Below are positions 8,936 through 17,622 of a DNA stretch of 64,000 bases, piece after piece (position 1 is the first letter of the stretch; every line of letters starts with the position of its first letter). A program made the translations under genes and the position numbers. The notes beneath the pieces were generated by a model. The model searched no databases and was not told where the DNA came from. It saw nothing but the letters and a program-made list of their open reading frames with translations. The DNA lies in NCBI GenBank assembly GCA_005882255.1, contig VBEZ01000124.1, positions 1,126-65,125 on the forward strand, in the 5' to 3' direction. The DNA is from Chloroflexota bacterium (GTDB lineage: Bacteria; Chloroflexota; Limnocylindria; P2-11E).

Positions 8936-11086
8936 CTAGAACGGCGTGGTGCTGACCAGCGTGCTCTTCAGGCCGAGCGTCGTACGCAGGAATCGGTCGC
9001 CCTTCAGATCCACCGCGGCGCTGGTGCCCTGAACGCGCACGGAGATCGGCCGGCCGCCGGGGCTCTCGTTGAATTCCAACGAGATAAAGCTCCCGATGTC
9101 GACGTCGTAGTCCTCGATGATCTGCTTGCGGATCTCCGCGCCGCTGAAGTGGGTGGACCACAGGCCGTGCGGCATCCCGCCGCGCTTGTCGTACGCCGCG
9201 GTCTCGGCCGGATCCGGTGTGACCTGCAGGTACGGCCAGCCCTGCGCGCACCGCCAGGTCTCGCCGATCCTCTCCGCGTCGAGGAGGCAGCCGACGTTCT
9301 CACTGATGCCGCCGCTCGCCGACGAGTAGAGCGCGCGGATCGGCTTCCCGTCGTAGGTGAGGATCAGCCCAGCGGTCGAGTCGACGGCGGCGGTCGTGCG
9401 CGGACTCTCGAAGCCATCTCCGCCGTAGCACTGGTCTGCCGTGTCGTCGCGCACGTCCCAGGTGCGGTCCCCGGCGGTCGCTTGGCGCCACGCCGCGTAC
9501 GTGCGTGCGGTGATCGCCTGCGCGCGCAGCGCCTCCATCTCCCAATGTGCAGGCATCTCACCCGGCAGCGCGCCGCGCATGTAGTCGTCCGACGAGACGA
9601 AGTTCACGACGCGCAGGTTGCCCTCCTCGCGGAGACCGACCTGGATGTTGCCGCGGTAGCCGAGATCCTTCTGGTCGATGTAGATCGGATCCCAGAACTG
9701 CTTCGGCATGAGCACGACGGTGTCGGCGCCGAAGAAGACGATCTGGTTGTTCGAGTCGTTCCGCACGGCCAGGGAGCCGCCATCGTTCCAGAACCGCAGC
9801 GGTTGATTCGGCAGGGTCTCGGTGTAGACGACGCTCGGGTCCGCGTTGTTCACGAGACGCATCCCGCCCGCCGATCGCATGCGCGCGACATTCGCGATGG
9901 TGCGACCGATGCATGCAGTCGACGGCGCTGAAAGGAGCACGCGGAACGGCCGCGTGATCGGCTGGTTCGCGAGCCGCGCCCCGGGGAAGTACCGCGCGAC
10001 GATCTCCTCGCCGGTGAGGCGCGGCCCGACCGCGCCCTCGGCCCAACCCTGCGCGCCCCACTGCGAGAGGCCGATCCCATGGCCCCAGCCTTTGCCGTAA
10101 AAGGTCACGCCCTGCCAGACCGCGACCACTTCGCTCTTCGTCGGCACCGCGTGACCCGAGAACCAGCCGATCCCGCCGTCCTGGACCATGTCCCACACCA
10201 GCGCGTAGTCACCGTCGCGATCTGGCGCGCGCACGTTGACGGTCAGCGTGATCTCGCGCCCCGGGGCGAGATCGCGTGGGAGCGCGACGCGCGCACCGTC
10301 CCAGACGACCGCGTTGCCGTTCCCGTCGAGCCAGTGGTACCCGAGACGCACCGGAGCGCCTCCACCGGCGGGCCAGCTCTGCAGGCCGGTGTTGGTGAGG
10401 TTCACCTCGACCGGAGTTTCTCCGCCGGGAATGATCGCCGCCGGCGCGGTGGTCGCCCCGTAGCCTGCGTCGAGATCGGACGTGACGCGCAGCGGGAACG
10501 AGCCCGGCGCCGCGCCACCGGACGAGAACCAACCGACTCCGTCACGAACGAGATCCGGCTTCACGGTGTACGTGCCAGTGAGCGCGGGGACAGCGACGGT
10601 CATCGGGATCACGTCGCCGCCGCCGGCCGGAAGATCGTCGGGCAGGCTCGAGCGCAGTCCGTCCCACGCGATGACGTGACCGGTCGCGTCGTACACGTGA
10701 TACGACAGCTTCACGGCCTGCTCGCCCACGGCGGGCCAGTTCACGGTGTCGCGATTGCGCAGCGCGACCGGGATCGTGACCGTCTGGCCCGGGCGCGCGG
10801 TGCCGCTGGGATAACCGATGTACGTAACGGTCGAGTTCGTTTCGGTCGCCGCGGCATTGGCCGCGCTCTGAGCATCACCACGCGCGATCGCGACAGCGCG
10901 CTGCGCCGCGGCTTCCGCATCGGCGCTCGCTCGCGCGTTGGCGCTCGTCGGACCGCCGTCGAAGGGAACGACGGTAGCGACGACGAGCGCAGCGATGGCG
11001 ATCCGGATGAGGACTGGTGAGGGGGTCCGCACTACAGTGCGGAACGCCGCGCTGCGGCGCGTATGACGGGCCCATCTCTTCCCCAC
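8936..11086 (-). CDS. SpoIID/LytB-domain protein with N-terminal tandem beta-sandwich repeats
   Basis: 716-aa ORF. It has an N-terminal membrane anchor and two ~100-aa repeats (..WPA..VKLSYHVYDATGHVIAWDG.. and ..WPAGGGAPVRLGYHWLDGNGNAVVWDG..). The SpoIID core motifs GKGWGHGIGLSQWGAQGWA, AITARTYA and YSSASGG follow. Confidence 0.9.
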   Translation of the reverse strand: MGKRWARHTRRSAAFRTVVRTPSPVLIRIAIAALVVATVVPFDGGPTSANARASADAEAAAQRAVAIARGDAQSAANAAATETNSTVTYIGYPSGTARPGQTVTIPVALRNRDTVNWPAVGEQAVKLSYHVYDATGHVIAWDGLRSSLPDDLPAGGGDVIPMTVAVPALTGTYTVKPDLVRDGVGWFSSGGAAPGSFPLRVTSDLDAGYGATTAPAAIIPGGETPVEVNLTNTGLQSWPAGGGAPVRLGYHWLDGNGNAVVWDGARVALPRDLAPGREITLTVNVRAPDRDGDYALVWDMVQDGGIGWFSGHAVPTKSEVVAVWQGVTFYGKGWGHGIGLSQWGAQGWAEGAVGPRLTGEEIVARYFPGARLANQPITRPFRVLLSAPSTACIGRTIANVARMRSAGGMRLVNNADPSVVYTETLPNQPLRFWNDGGSLAVRNDSNNQIVFFGADTVVLMPKQFWDPIYIDQKDLGYRGNIQVGLREEGNLRVVNFVSSDDYMRGALPGEMPAHWEMEALRAQAITARTYAAWRQATAGDRTWDVRDDTADQCYGGDGFESPRTTAAVDSTAGLILTYDGKPIRALYSSASGGISENVGCLLDAERIGETWRCAQGWPYLQVTPDPAETAAYDKRGGMPHGLWSTHFSGAEIRKQIIEDYDVDIGSFISLEFNESPGGRPISVRVQGTSAAVDLKGDRFLRTTLGLKSTLVSTTPF

Positions 11087-11157
11087 CGCGCCGAAGCCTG
11101 ACTCGCGTAGCGGGATACCGCCAGCCTGGCGTGTATACGATCAAGATGAACAGGGGC

Positions 11158-11174
11158 CGTATGACCGTCATACG
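11158..11174. promoter_or_regulatory. perfect 8-1-8 palindrome CGTATGACCGTCATACG, candidate operator upstream of the SpoIID paralog
   Basis: Read directly from the sequence. It lies 72 nt upstream of the GTG start at 11086. It overlaps the second copy of an 11-nt direct repeat, ATACGATCAAG (11135..11145 and 11170..11180). Confidence 0.35.
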
Positions 11175-11307
11175 ATCAAGCGTGCTCGCCCGCACGAAAC
11201 ATTGGTCGGCCGATCGCGCCGTGTGCGTTAAGCGGGCGGATCTCCGCGTTTTGCTCGGATCGCGCGATGCGTTTGATACAGCACCGCGACCGGACGACTC
11301 ACCTGGG

Positions 11308-11532
11308 TCAGCGCTTTCGCAGTGCCCCGACCCACGCTGCGATCACGATCGCGGATACGAGCGGGATCACGATCGCGAGAACGATCGTGAAGGCGTGGCG
11401 GAGTCCGTCTGTGTAGGGGCCGCCCGCTGGAGTCTGAAGAAGGTAGCCGAGTGCGAGCCAGATCACGACCGCGATCCAGATGATCGTGTTGCGAACGAGG
11501 TCGTCGATCTCTCCGTCTCGAAGTCGTTGCAT
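11308..11532 (-). CDS. small two-helix membrane protein
   Basis: 74-aa ORF with two hydrophobic helices (IIWIAVVIWLALGYLL and FTIVLAIVIPLVSAIVIAAWV). Confidence 0.5.
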   Translation of the reverse strand: MQRLRDGEIDDLVRNTIIWIAVVIWLALGYLLQTPAGGPYTDGLRHAFTIVLAIVIPLVSAIVIAAWVGALRKR

Positions 11533-11583
11533 TGGCCGAGACTACGCTCGGTCCGATATGACCACGCTCCTAGACTTTCGTAG

Positions 11584-13044
11584 ATGAGAGCGAAGCTTGC
11601 CCTCGCGCTGCTGTCGCTCGTTCTCTGCGCCTGGATGCCTACCGGACCAGTGGGCACAACGCAGGTCCCAGACGACCCCGCAGGCGCGTGGGAGCCCGGC
11701 CTCAACTGCACCGGACGGGTCGACCTCCCGCTGATCCAGAACGCGATCGAAACGAAGTGGTCGCCGGATAACAAGACGCTCGCGATCACGGCGGGGCAAC
11801 GCACTCCATCGACGACGTCTCCCGTCGGTTGGAAAGAGGATGAGGTCATCTACACCGTGGACGTCCGCACCGGTTCGCTGTCGCCCGTCGGGTTCGGTAT
11901 CCGGCCCGAGTGGTCCGGCACGGGTACGTACCTCTCGTACTGGCCGAGGGACCAGGACCTGCGCGTGCTGCGCGGCGGAAAGGTCGAGGCGAAGCTGCTG
12001 ATGTCGATCCCCGAGGTGCGCTGGGTCGGCGACAAGCTCCTGTACATCTATAAGCGGGACATCCGCGAATGGTCGAATGGCGAGACGCGCACCGTCGCGC
12101 GGTTCGACAAGGACTTCGAGCCGGCGTATCCGCTCGACGACGTGTACTGGAGCGCGGACGGCACGCGCTTCACGATGACGCGCTACTCATACGACGGGAC
12201 CATCGAGCGCTACATGGGCAAGACCGCGACCGCGGAGGTGGACCTGATCGACGCGCCGAACGCGACCTATACCGAGTGGTCGCCGACGGGCAACACACTG
12301 CTGGTGCGCTACCCGAACAAACTCGAGCTCATCGGGCCCGACGGCGCGACGCAGAGCACGCCCTTGAGCCGCTTCGGTGGTGCGATCGCGTCCTGGACCG
12401 CGGACGGCCGTTCTCTTCTCGTCGGACGGATCGCGTCGACGATCCCCGCCGGCGACGCCTTCGAGAAGTTCGCGGTGTGGGGCGGAGCGCAGGCTCAGCC
12501 CGTCGCTACCCTGCCGAATCTCATCGGCGCGCGCACCTTCAGCCCGGATGGCCGCTACTTCATCGGACTCAGCCGTGAGCGACTCGACACGACGCGGCTC
12601 GAGCTCTACCGCTGCGGCACCTGGTCGGACGATGAATGGAACCTTCGCGGAGACCCGGAGGCCGCCGCGCGTCTCGGCCTGATCGACGGCGACGAGCTGC
12701 GGTTCGTCCGTCCGGCCGCGGGTGACGTCGCCCAGTTCCTGCAGTACTCGCACACCGGTATCGACATCGCGGCGCCCGTCGGCTCGATCATCGTGGCCGC
12801 GGACGGCGGAACGGTCACCAAGGTCGGATGGCAGGGCGTCGGTGGCAACGGCGTGTGTATGTCACATGGTGGCGGGCTCGAGACCTGCTACTTCCATACC
12901 TCCGCCACGCTCGTGAACGTCGGGCAACGCGTCGTGCGCGGTCAGCCGATCGCGCTCGTCGGCATGACGGGTGTCACGACCGGCCCGCACGTCCATTGGG
13001 AAGCGCACCTCTTCGGTCAGCTCATCGACCCGCTCGCGCGCTAA
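11584..13044 (+). CDS. PD40/TolB-like beta-propeller fused to an M23 (LytM) metallopeptidase
   Basis: Signal peptide, then five PD40-type blades (WSPDNKTLAI, WSADGTRFTM, WSPTGNTLLV, WTADGRSLLV, FSPDGRYFIG). The C-terminal M23 motifs are HTGIDIAAPVGS and GMTGVTTGPHVHWE. Confidence 0.85.
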   Translation: MRAKLALALLSLVLCAWMPTGPVGTTQVPDDPAGAWEPGLNCTGRVDLPLIQNAIETKWSPDNKTLAITAGQRTPSTTSPVGWKEDEVIYTVDVRTGSLSPVGFGIRPEWSGTGTYLSYWPRDQDLRVLRGGKVEAKLLMSIPEVRWVGDKLLYIYKRDIREWSNGETRTVARFDKDFEPAYPLDDVYWSADGTRFTMTRYSYDGTIERYMGKTATAEVDLIDAPNATYTEWSPTGNTLLVRYPNKLELIGPDGATQSTPLSRFGGAIASWTADGRSLLVGRIASTIPAGDAFEKFAVWGGAQAQPVATLPNLIGARTFSPDGRYFIGLSRERLDTTRLELYRCGTWSDDEWNLRGDPEAAARLGLIDGDELRFVRPAAGDVAQFLQYSHTGIDIAAPVGSIIVAADGGTVTKVGWQGVGGNGVCMSHGGGLETCYFHTSATLVNVGQRVVRGQPIALVGMTGVTTGPHVHWEAHLFGQLIDPLAR

Positions 13045-13616
13045 CGCTGCGTCACGCCCTCGATCGTGACGGTGCCCTCGCCCAGCGTCACCTTCTGCAC
13101 TGTCACGGTCGAGGGCACGAGCTGGCCGATCGCGGTCTCCACCGCGGCGGCGCTCGACGCTCGCACCGAGTCCGGGAGACCGAAGCCACCGAGCGTGACC
13201 GAGTCGACCCGCACCGCGACGCGGCCCGCGCTCGCGTACGGCGTTCCGGTCAGCACGAACTCAGTCGTGCCGAAGAACACGCGCGCGGACGCGGTCAGCC
13301 GGACGTTCGTCGTCGTGGTGCGCACGATGGGATCTCGCACCGTGACGCCGCTCACGGTCTGCGGGAACGATGACGCCGCGGCCTTCGTGAGCTCGGCGTC
13401 GGTCACGGTGAGCGTGAACGTCGACGGTGGTGCGATCGTCGCGGTTCCGCTCGCCGACGGCAGCGGCGGCACCGAGCGCGTGGGCGGTGCGCTGCTCGGC
13501 GAAGCGGTCGGACTCGGCGACGGGAAGACCACACGGGACGGCGCGCAATCGCGGACCAGGAGGAACACCAAAGCGATCACGACGGCGAGAAGCGCGAGCC
13601 GCGCCAGAGACGACAC
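13041..13616 (-). CDS. membrane-anchored hypothetical protein
   Basis: GTG start at 13616. N-terminal TM segment (LARLALLAVVIALVFLLV), a Pro/Ser-rich linker, then a beta-rich domain. Lies 3 nt downstream of the preceding gene. Confidence 0.6.
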   Translation of the reverse strand: MSSLARLALLAVVIALVFLLVRDCAPSRVVFPSPSPTASPSSAPPTRSVPPLPSASGTATIAPPSTFTLTVTDAELTKAAASSFPQTVSGVTVRDPIVRTTTTNVRLTASARVFFGTTEFVLTGTPYASAGRVAVRVDSVTLGGFGLPDSVRASSAAAVETAIGQLVPSTVTVQKVTLGEGTVTIEGVTQR

Positions 13617-13619
13617 GCG

Positions 13620-14216
13620 CTAGGCGTCGCGGCGCAGCAGCCGCCCGAGCCAGAGCCAGTAGATCGGACCGCCGATCGCTCCCGCGATGAGCGCGGCGAG
13701 GTACACGACACCGCCGTTCTCGGAGAGACCCGCGACGAATCCCGCGACGAGATCGGCCGCCGCGACGAAGCCGAGTAGCACGAGGACGCGCGGCGTCCGC
13801 GTGCGCCACAGCAAGAGGTTGGCCACGAGGAACCAGAGACCGGTGAGGGCGAAGGTCATGATGCCGAGCGGATTCGCCGGCGACGCGGCCGCGAGCGGCG
13901 GATTCTGGCGCAGGTTCGCGACCTCGTACATCGCGGCGACCATCGTGCCGACGGACGCCGCGACGCCGACAAGCGTGGCGAAGAACGCCCACGCCTCGCC
14001 GACGGACCTGGTGCGGTAATAGACGGCGACGATGGCGAAGAGTGCCCAGAAGGCCACGAGCGCATACAGGAACTGGAAGATCTGTGGACCGAGCGGTCTG
14101 CCGCCGGGCTGGACGAGAGCGGCGTACGCGAGCACCGCGGCCCACGAGGTGAGCGCGAGCAGGATCGCCGCGAGGCCACCAAAGCGCGCGAAGGAGCGAT
14201 CGTCCACTCCGAGCAC
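13620..14216 (-). CDS. polytopic membrane protein, unknown function
   Basis: 198-aa ORF with about six hydrophobic helices. Confidence 0.6.
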   Translation of the reverse strand: MLGVDDRSFARFGGLAAILLALTSWAAVLAYAALVQPGGRPLGPQIFQFLYALVAFWALFAIVAVYYRTRSVGEAWAFFATLVGVAASVGTMVAAMYEVANLRQNPPLAAASPANPLGIMTFALTGLWFLVANLLLWRTRTPRVLVLLGFVAAADLVAGFVAGLSENGGVVYLAALIAGAIGGPIYWLWLGRLLRRDA

Positions 14217-14222
14217 GATACG

Positions 14223-15629
14223 GTGCTCATACCATTCAGCGCCGTGAGCGACGTCGCGCTCTTACCGCTCGAGGCCGCGTCCGCACTGATCCATTCCCGT
14301 CGAGCATCGTCCGTCGACCTCGTGCGCGCGTGCCTGGATCGCATCACGCGGCACGAGCGCGAGCTCGGCGCGTTCATCACGCTCACCGCGGAAAGCGCGC
14401 TGGCCGAGGCCAAACGCGCCGATGCCGACCTCGCGAACGGCGTCGATCGTGGCCCGCTGCACGGCATCCCGGTCGCACTCAAGGATCTGTACGACACGGC
14501 CGGCGTCCGGACGACGGCTGGCTCGCGTATCTTCGCCGACCGCGTTCCCGAGCATGACAGCGCCGTCGTCGAGAGGCTGCGAGCCGCCGGAGCGGTGTTC
14601 CTCGGCAAGCTCAACCTCCACGAATGGGCGCTCGGCGTGACGAATCAGAACCCGCACTTCGGCCCCGCGTGCAATCCCTGGGACACCACGCGCATCCCCG
14701 GTGGCTCGAGCGGTGGCAGCGCGATCGCCGTCGCGTCAGGGTTCTGCTACGTCTCTCCGGGGAGCGACACCGGTGGGTCGATCCGCATCCCCGCATCGCT
14801 CTGCGGCGTCGCCGGTCTCAAGCCGACCTACGGCCGGGTCAGCCTGCGAGGTGTGATCCCGCTCGCGTGGACGCTCGACCACTCCGGACCGCTCGCGCGG
14901 ACCGTCGGCGATCTCGCGCTCGCGCTGAGCGCGATCGCGGGTCACGACCCGCTCGATCCCTCGTCGTCGGAGACGCCGAGCGACGATTACGCCGCGGGCA
15001 TCGAGGACGGCGCGAAGGACGTTCGCGTGATCGTCCCCACCAACCATTTCTTCGATGACATCGATCCCGAGGTCGACGCCGCGGTGCGCGCGGCCGTGGC
15101 TGTGCTCGCCTCGCTGGGCGCGTCCGTGACGGAGCTGGCGCTCCCGCGCGCCGACCTGATCTCCGCGCAGCGCGCCATCCTCCTCACCGACGCCGCCGCA
15201 TATCACCGCGAGCATCTCCGCGAGCGCGCCGCCGACATCGGGGCCGACGTGCTCACGCGGCTTCGTACCGGCCAGACCTTCACCGGCACGGACTACGCGC
15301 AGGCGCGGCGCGACCAGGGCGAGCTGCGCCGCGAATGGCTCGCCGTCCTGCGCGAGCACGACGTGATCCTCTCGCCGACGACGCCGATCGCGGCGCCGCC
15401 GCGCGAGGGCCAGGACGCCGTCGCGGCCGCCCAGCGTCTGACGGCGAACACCGCGCCCTTCAACCTGACCGGCCTTCCCGCGGTCTCGATCCCCTGCGGC
15501 TTCACCCAGGCCGGCCTGCCGATCGGGCTTCAGCTCGCGGCGGGGCCGTGGCGCGAGCGCTTTCTGCTACGCGTCGCGCGAGCCTACGAGCACGCCACGC
15601 CCTGGCACGAGCGCCAGCCGCTGTCCTGA
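14223..15629 (+). CDS. amidase (amidase-signature family, GatA-like)
   Basis: Amidase signature: KDLYDTAGVRTTAGS and GGSSGGSAIAVASG. Confidence 0.9.
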   Translation: MLIPFSAVSDVALLPLEAASALIHSRRASSVDLVRACLDRITRHERELGAFITLTAESALAEAKRADADLANGVDRGPLHGIPVALKDLYDTAGVRTTAGSRIFADRVPEHDSAVVERLRAAGAVFLGKLNLHEWALGVTNQNPHFGPACNPWDTTRIPGGSSGGSAIAVASGFCYVSPGSDTGGSIRIPASLCGVAGLKPTYGRVSLRGVIPLAWTLDHSGPLARTVGDLALALSAIAGHDPLDPSSSETPSDDYAAGIEDGAKDVRVIVPTNHFFDDIDPEVDAAVRAAVAVLASLGASVTELALPRADLISAQRAILLTDAAAYHREHLRERAADIGADVLTRLRTGQTFTGTDYAQARRDQGELRREWLAVLREHDVILSPTTPIAAPPREGQDAVAAAQRLTANTAPFNLTGLPAVSIPCGFTQAGLPIGLQLAAGPWRERFLLRVARAYEHATPWHERQPLS

Positions 15630-15752
15630 CAGGAGAAGCAGGAGGGCGACCGCGGTCTCGATGGGCTCGCCGGGATCGGTCGAGCCGAAGACGAGAAAGA
15701 GGATTAGGCCGACGAGCGCAGCGATGAGGAGCACGCACCCGCAACCGGTCAC
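15567..15752 (-). CDS. possible small membrane protein
   Basis: 61-aa ORF. The first ~40 codons have G/C-rich third positions and encode a TM helix (CVLLIAALVGLILFLVF). The last 63 nt overlap the amidase 3' end convergently. No homolog recognised. Confidence 0.25.
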   Translation of the reverse strand: MTGCGCVLLIAALVGLILFLVFGSTDPGEPIETAVALLLLLSGQRLALVPGRGVLVGSRDA

Positions 15753-15802
15753 GCCTGACCGAGCCTAGCATCGCTGGCAGTCACGACCGAGGAGGTACGC
15801 CG

Positions 15803-16363
15803 ATGACCCGCGATGAAGCCTGGGAGCTGCTGTGCGAACACACCAAGGGCGACAGCCTGCGGAAGCACGGGCTCGCGGTGGAAGCGGCGATGCGCCACTT
15901 CGCGCGGAAGCTGAGCGAGAATGAAGAGACGTGGGGCGTGACGGGCCTGCTCCACGACTTCGACTACGAACGCGACCCCGACGGACACCCGCAGAACGGC
16001 AAGCCGATCCTCGAGCAAGCCGGGGTCCCCGGCACCATCGTTCATGCGATCCAGTCGCACGGCGATCACACCGGAGTCCCGCGCGTGACGCCGATGGAGA
16101 AGACGCTTTACGCGGTAGACGAGCTCTGCGGGTTCGTCACGGCCGTCGCGCTCGTGCGGCCATCAAAAGCTGTGCGCGACGTCGATGCCGGCGCGGTCCG
16201 AAAGAAGATGAAGGACAAGGCCTTCGCCCGCGCGGTGAGCCGCGAGATGATGCTGAAGGGTGCGGATGACATGGCGATCCCGTTCGAGGAGCTCACGAGC
16301 GAAGTGATCGCCGCGCTCAGCGATGCCGCCGAGCGGCTGGGTCTCGCCGGCACCGCAAGCTGA
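15803..16363 (+). CDS. HD-domain phosphohydrolase
   Basis: ATG preceded by GAGGAGG. Motifs SLRKHGLAVE and LLHDFDYE, plus QSHGDHTG. Confidence 0.85.
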   Translation: MTRDEAWELLCEHTKGDSLRKHGLAVEAAMRHFARKLSENEETWGVTGLLHDFDYERDPDGHPQNGKPILEQAGVPGTIVHAIQSHGDHTGVPRVTPMEKTLYAVDELCGFVTAVALVRPSKAVRDVDAGAVRKKMKDKAFARAVSREMMLKGADDMAIPFEELTSEVIAALSDAAERLGLAGTAS

Positions 16364-16641
16364 TCGGTCCCGCGCCATACGATCGCCGCGGCGGCTGCGC
16401 GCGTCGGCACGCCAAGCGTGCGGCACGCGCGACGGATGTGCGTGCTGACCGAATGCGGACTGATGCCCTCATGCCGTGCGATCTCTTTCGTCGTCAGTCC
16501 GCGAGCGACCAGCCACAGGATCTCGATCTGTCGGTCTGTTAGGGCGAAATCGGCGCGCGAGCGGCCCAGGAGCACGCGACGCGACACCGACCAACCGACG
16601 AATGCGCCGAACGCGAGCCACGCTGGTCCGCGCACATCCAC
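16108..16641 (-). CDS. membrane-anchored LuxR-family HTH regulator with an ~85-aa C-terminal tail
   Basis: TM segment AWLAFGAFVGWSV, then a LuxR/GerE HTH (LTDRQIEILWLVARGLTTKEIARHEGISPHSVSTHIRRACRTLGV). The ORF then runs on, antisense to the HD gene, until the stop at 16108. Confidence 0.7.
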   Translation of the reverse strand: MDVRGPAWLAFGAFVGWSVSRRVLLGRSRADFALTDRQIEILWLVARGLTTKEIARHEGISPHSVSTHIRRACRTLGVPTRAAAAAIVWRGTDQLAVPARPSRSAASLSAAITSLVSSSNGIAMSSAPFSIISRLTARAKALSFIFFRTAPASTSRTAFDGRTSATAVTNPQSSSTA

Positions 16642-16682
16642 GGAGGAACGAGCGGAGACGGCTTGCGCCGTCGGTCGCTAGG

Positions 16683-16937
16683 TCAGCTGGCGCGCTTCAG
16701 CGTGCGGCGCTCATGGGCACGGATGACCTCGTGCTCGAACCGCTCGAGGAACAGCTGCCCGCCGCACCGCGGACAAAGAGGCTGATCCGAGTCGTCCCAG
16801 ACCGGAGCCTCACGGCCGCCGGTGGCGTAGGCCGTGCGAAGCTGTTCGAGCGACGGACGGCGGGCGCGCGTCGGCACCAGGACCTCACCCAGTCCATGAC
16901 CGCAGAAATAGCAGTAGAGCTCAGCGCGAACAGCCAC
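16683..16937 (-). CDS. zinc-ribbon-like small protein (CxxC...CxxC)
   Basis: ORF 16683..17033. The GTG at 16937 is preceded by GGAGG with a 6-nt spacer. Cysteine pairs CYFC and CPRC lie ~46 residues apart. Confidence 0.5.
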   Translation of the reverse strand: MAVRAELYCYFCGHGLGEVLVPTRARRPSLEQLRTAYATGGREAPVWDDSDQPLCPRCGGQLFLERFEHEVIRAHERRTLKRAS

Positions 16938-17134
16938 GAAAGACCTCCAAAGGACCCACCCCAAAAACGGCGCCAGGGCCTTCTGTGTTCCATTACCCGA
17001 AAAGGCCGGTTCTCGTTCCGTCAAATGGGGCACGGACCGGGCCGCACGCTCGCTCCGCTCGCTGACAGGGGCCCCTCCCCCTGAGCCGGGCCGGTCCGAA
17101 CGAGGGCTACGCGAGGGCTCGCAGGCCCTGGGAG

Positions 17135-17590
17135 CTAGGCGGATTCGAGCTGGAGGGAGACCAAGGAGCCCGCGTCCGTCAGGTAGGTCAGCTTGCGGAT
17201 GACGCCGCGGGGAATGATGTGGAAGTCGTTGTGCCGGTAGTCCTTGCCCTCGTTGGTGAGGTCATAGTCACCAACGATCACGACGTATTCGGTGGTGTCT
17301 TTCCAGAGCATCCCGCAGGTGAGCTTTCGCAGACGGTAGGGCTCGAAGTCTTCAGGGATAGCGGTCCGCGAGTAGGCGGTGATGTCCTCCCACTCGACCG
17401 CGACCAGTGGTGTCTCTGATCTGACCGTGCCGCCGTCCAACGCCTTCTCCCTCGCTCGCGCCCAGAATCGTGCCGTCCGGATGTCGGTACACGAACGGGA
17501 TTCTTCGTCACGTTCGCGTACAGGAGGCGACGATACGATTTGCCACCGTCGTGTCAACGGCGTTGGGTGCGTCGAAGTCGAGTCGTTCAT
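17135..17590 (-). CDS. hypothetical protein, start uncertain
   Basis: 151-aa ORF lying 32 nt downstream of the KGG gene. The Arg-rich N-terminal third may not be translated, because an internal TTG preceded by GGGAGAAGG exists near 17438. No family recognised. Confidence 0.45.
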   Translation of the reverse strand: MNDSTSTHPTPLTRRWQIVSSPPVRERDEESRSCTDIRTARFWARAREKALDGGTVRSETPLVAVEWEDITAYSRTAIPEDFEPYRLRKLTCGMLWKDTTEYVVIVGDYDLTNEGKDYRHNDFHIIPRGVIRKLTYLTDAGSLVSLQLESA

Positions 17591-17622
17591 TTCAACGCGG
17601 ACTCAGTTTGTCTCGAGGCTTG

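Noticed and set aside
11533-11583. TATGACC half-site similar to the 11158..11174 palindrome, found in the promoter region of the PD40-M23 gene.
   Set aside because: It is a single 7-nt half-site with no symmetric partner. A few such matches are expected by chance in a window of this size.
16939-16950. The 11-mer TTGGAGGTCTT is shared by the ribosome-binding regions of two small unknown genes (coding-strand complement at 1770..1780 and 16940..16950).
   Set aside because: Five of the eleven bases are the GGAGG Shine-Dalgarno core. Given the number of SD-bearing genes, the extra 6-nt match is within chance expectation.
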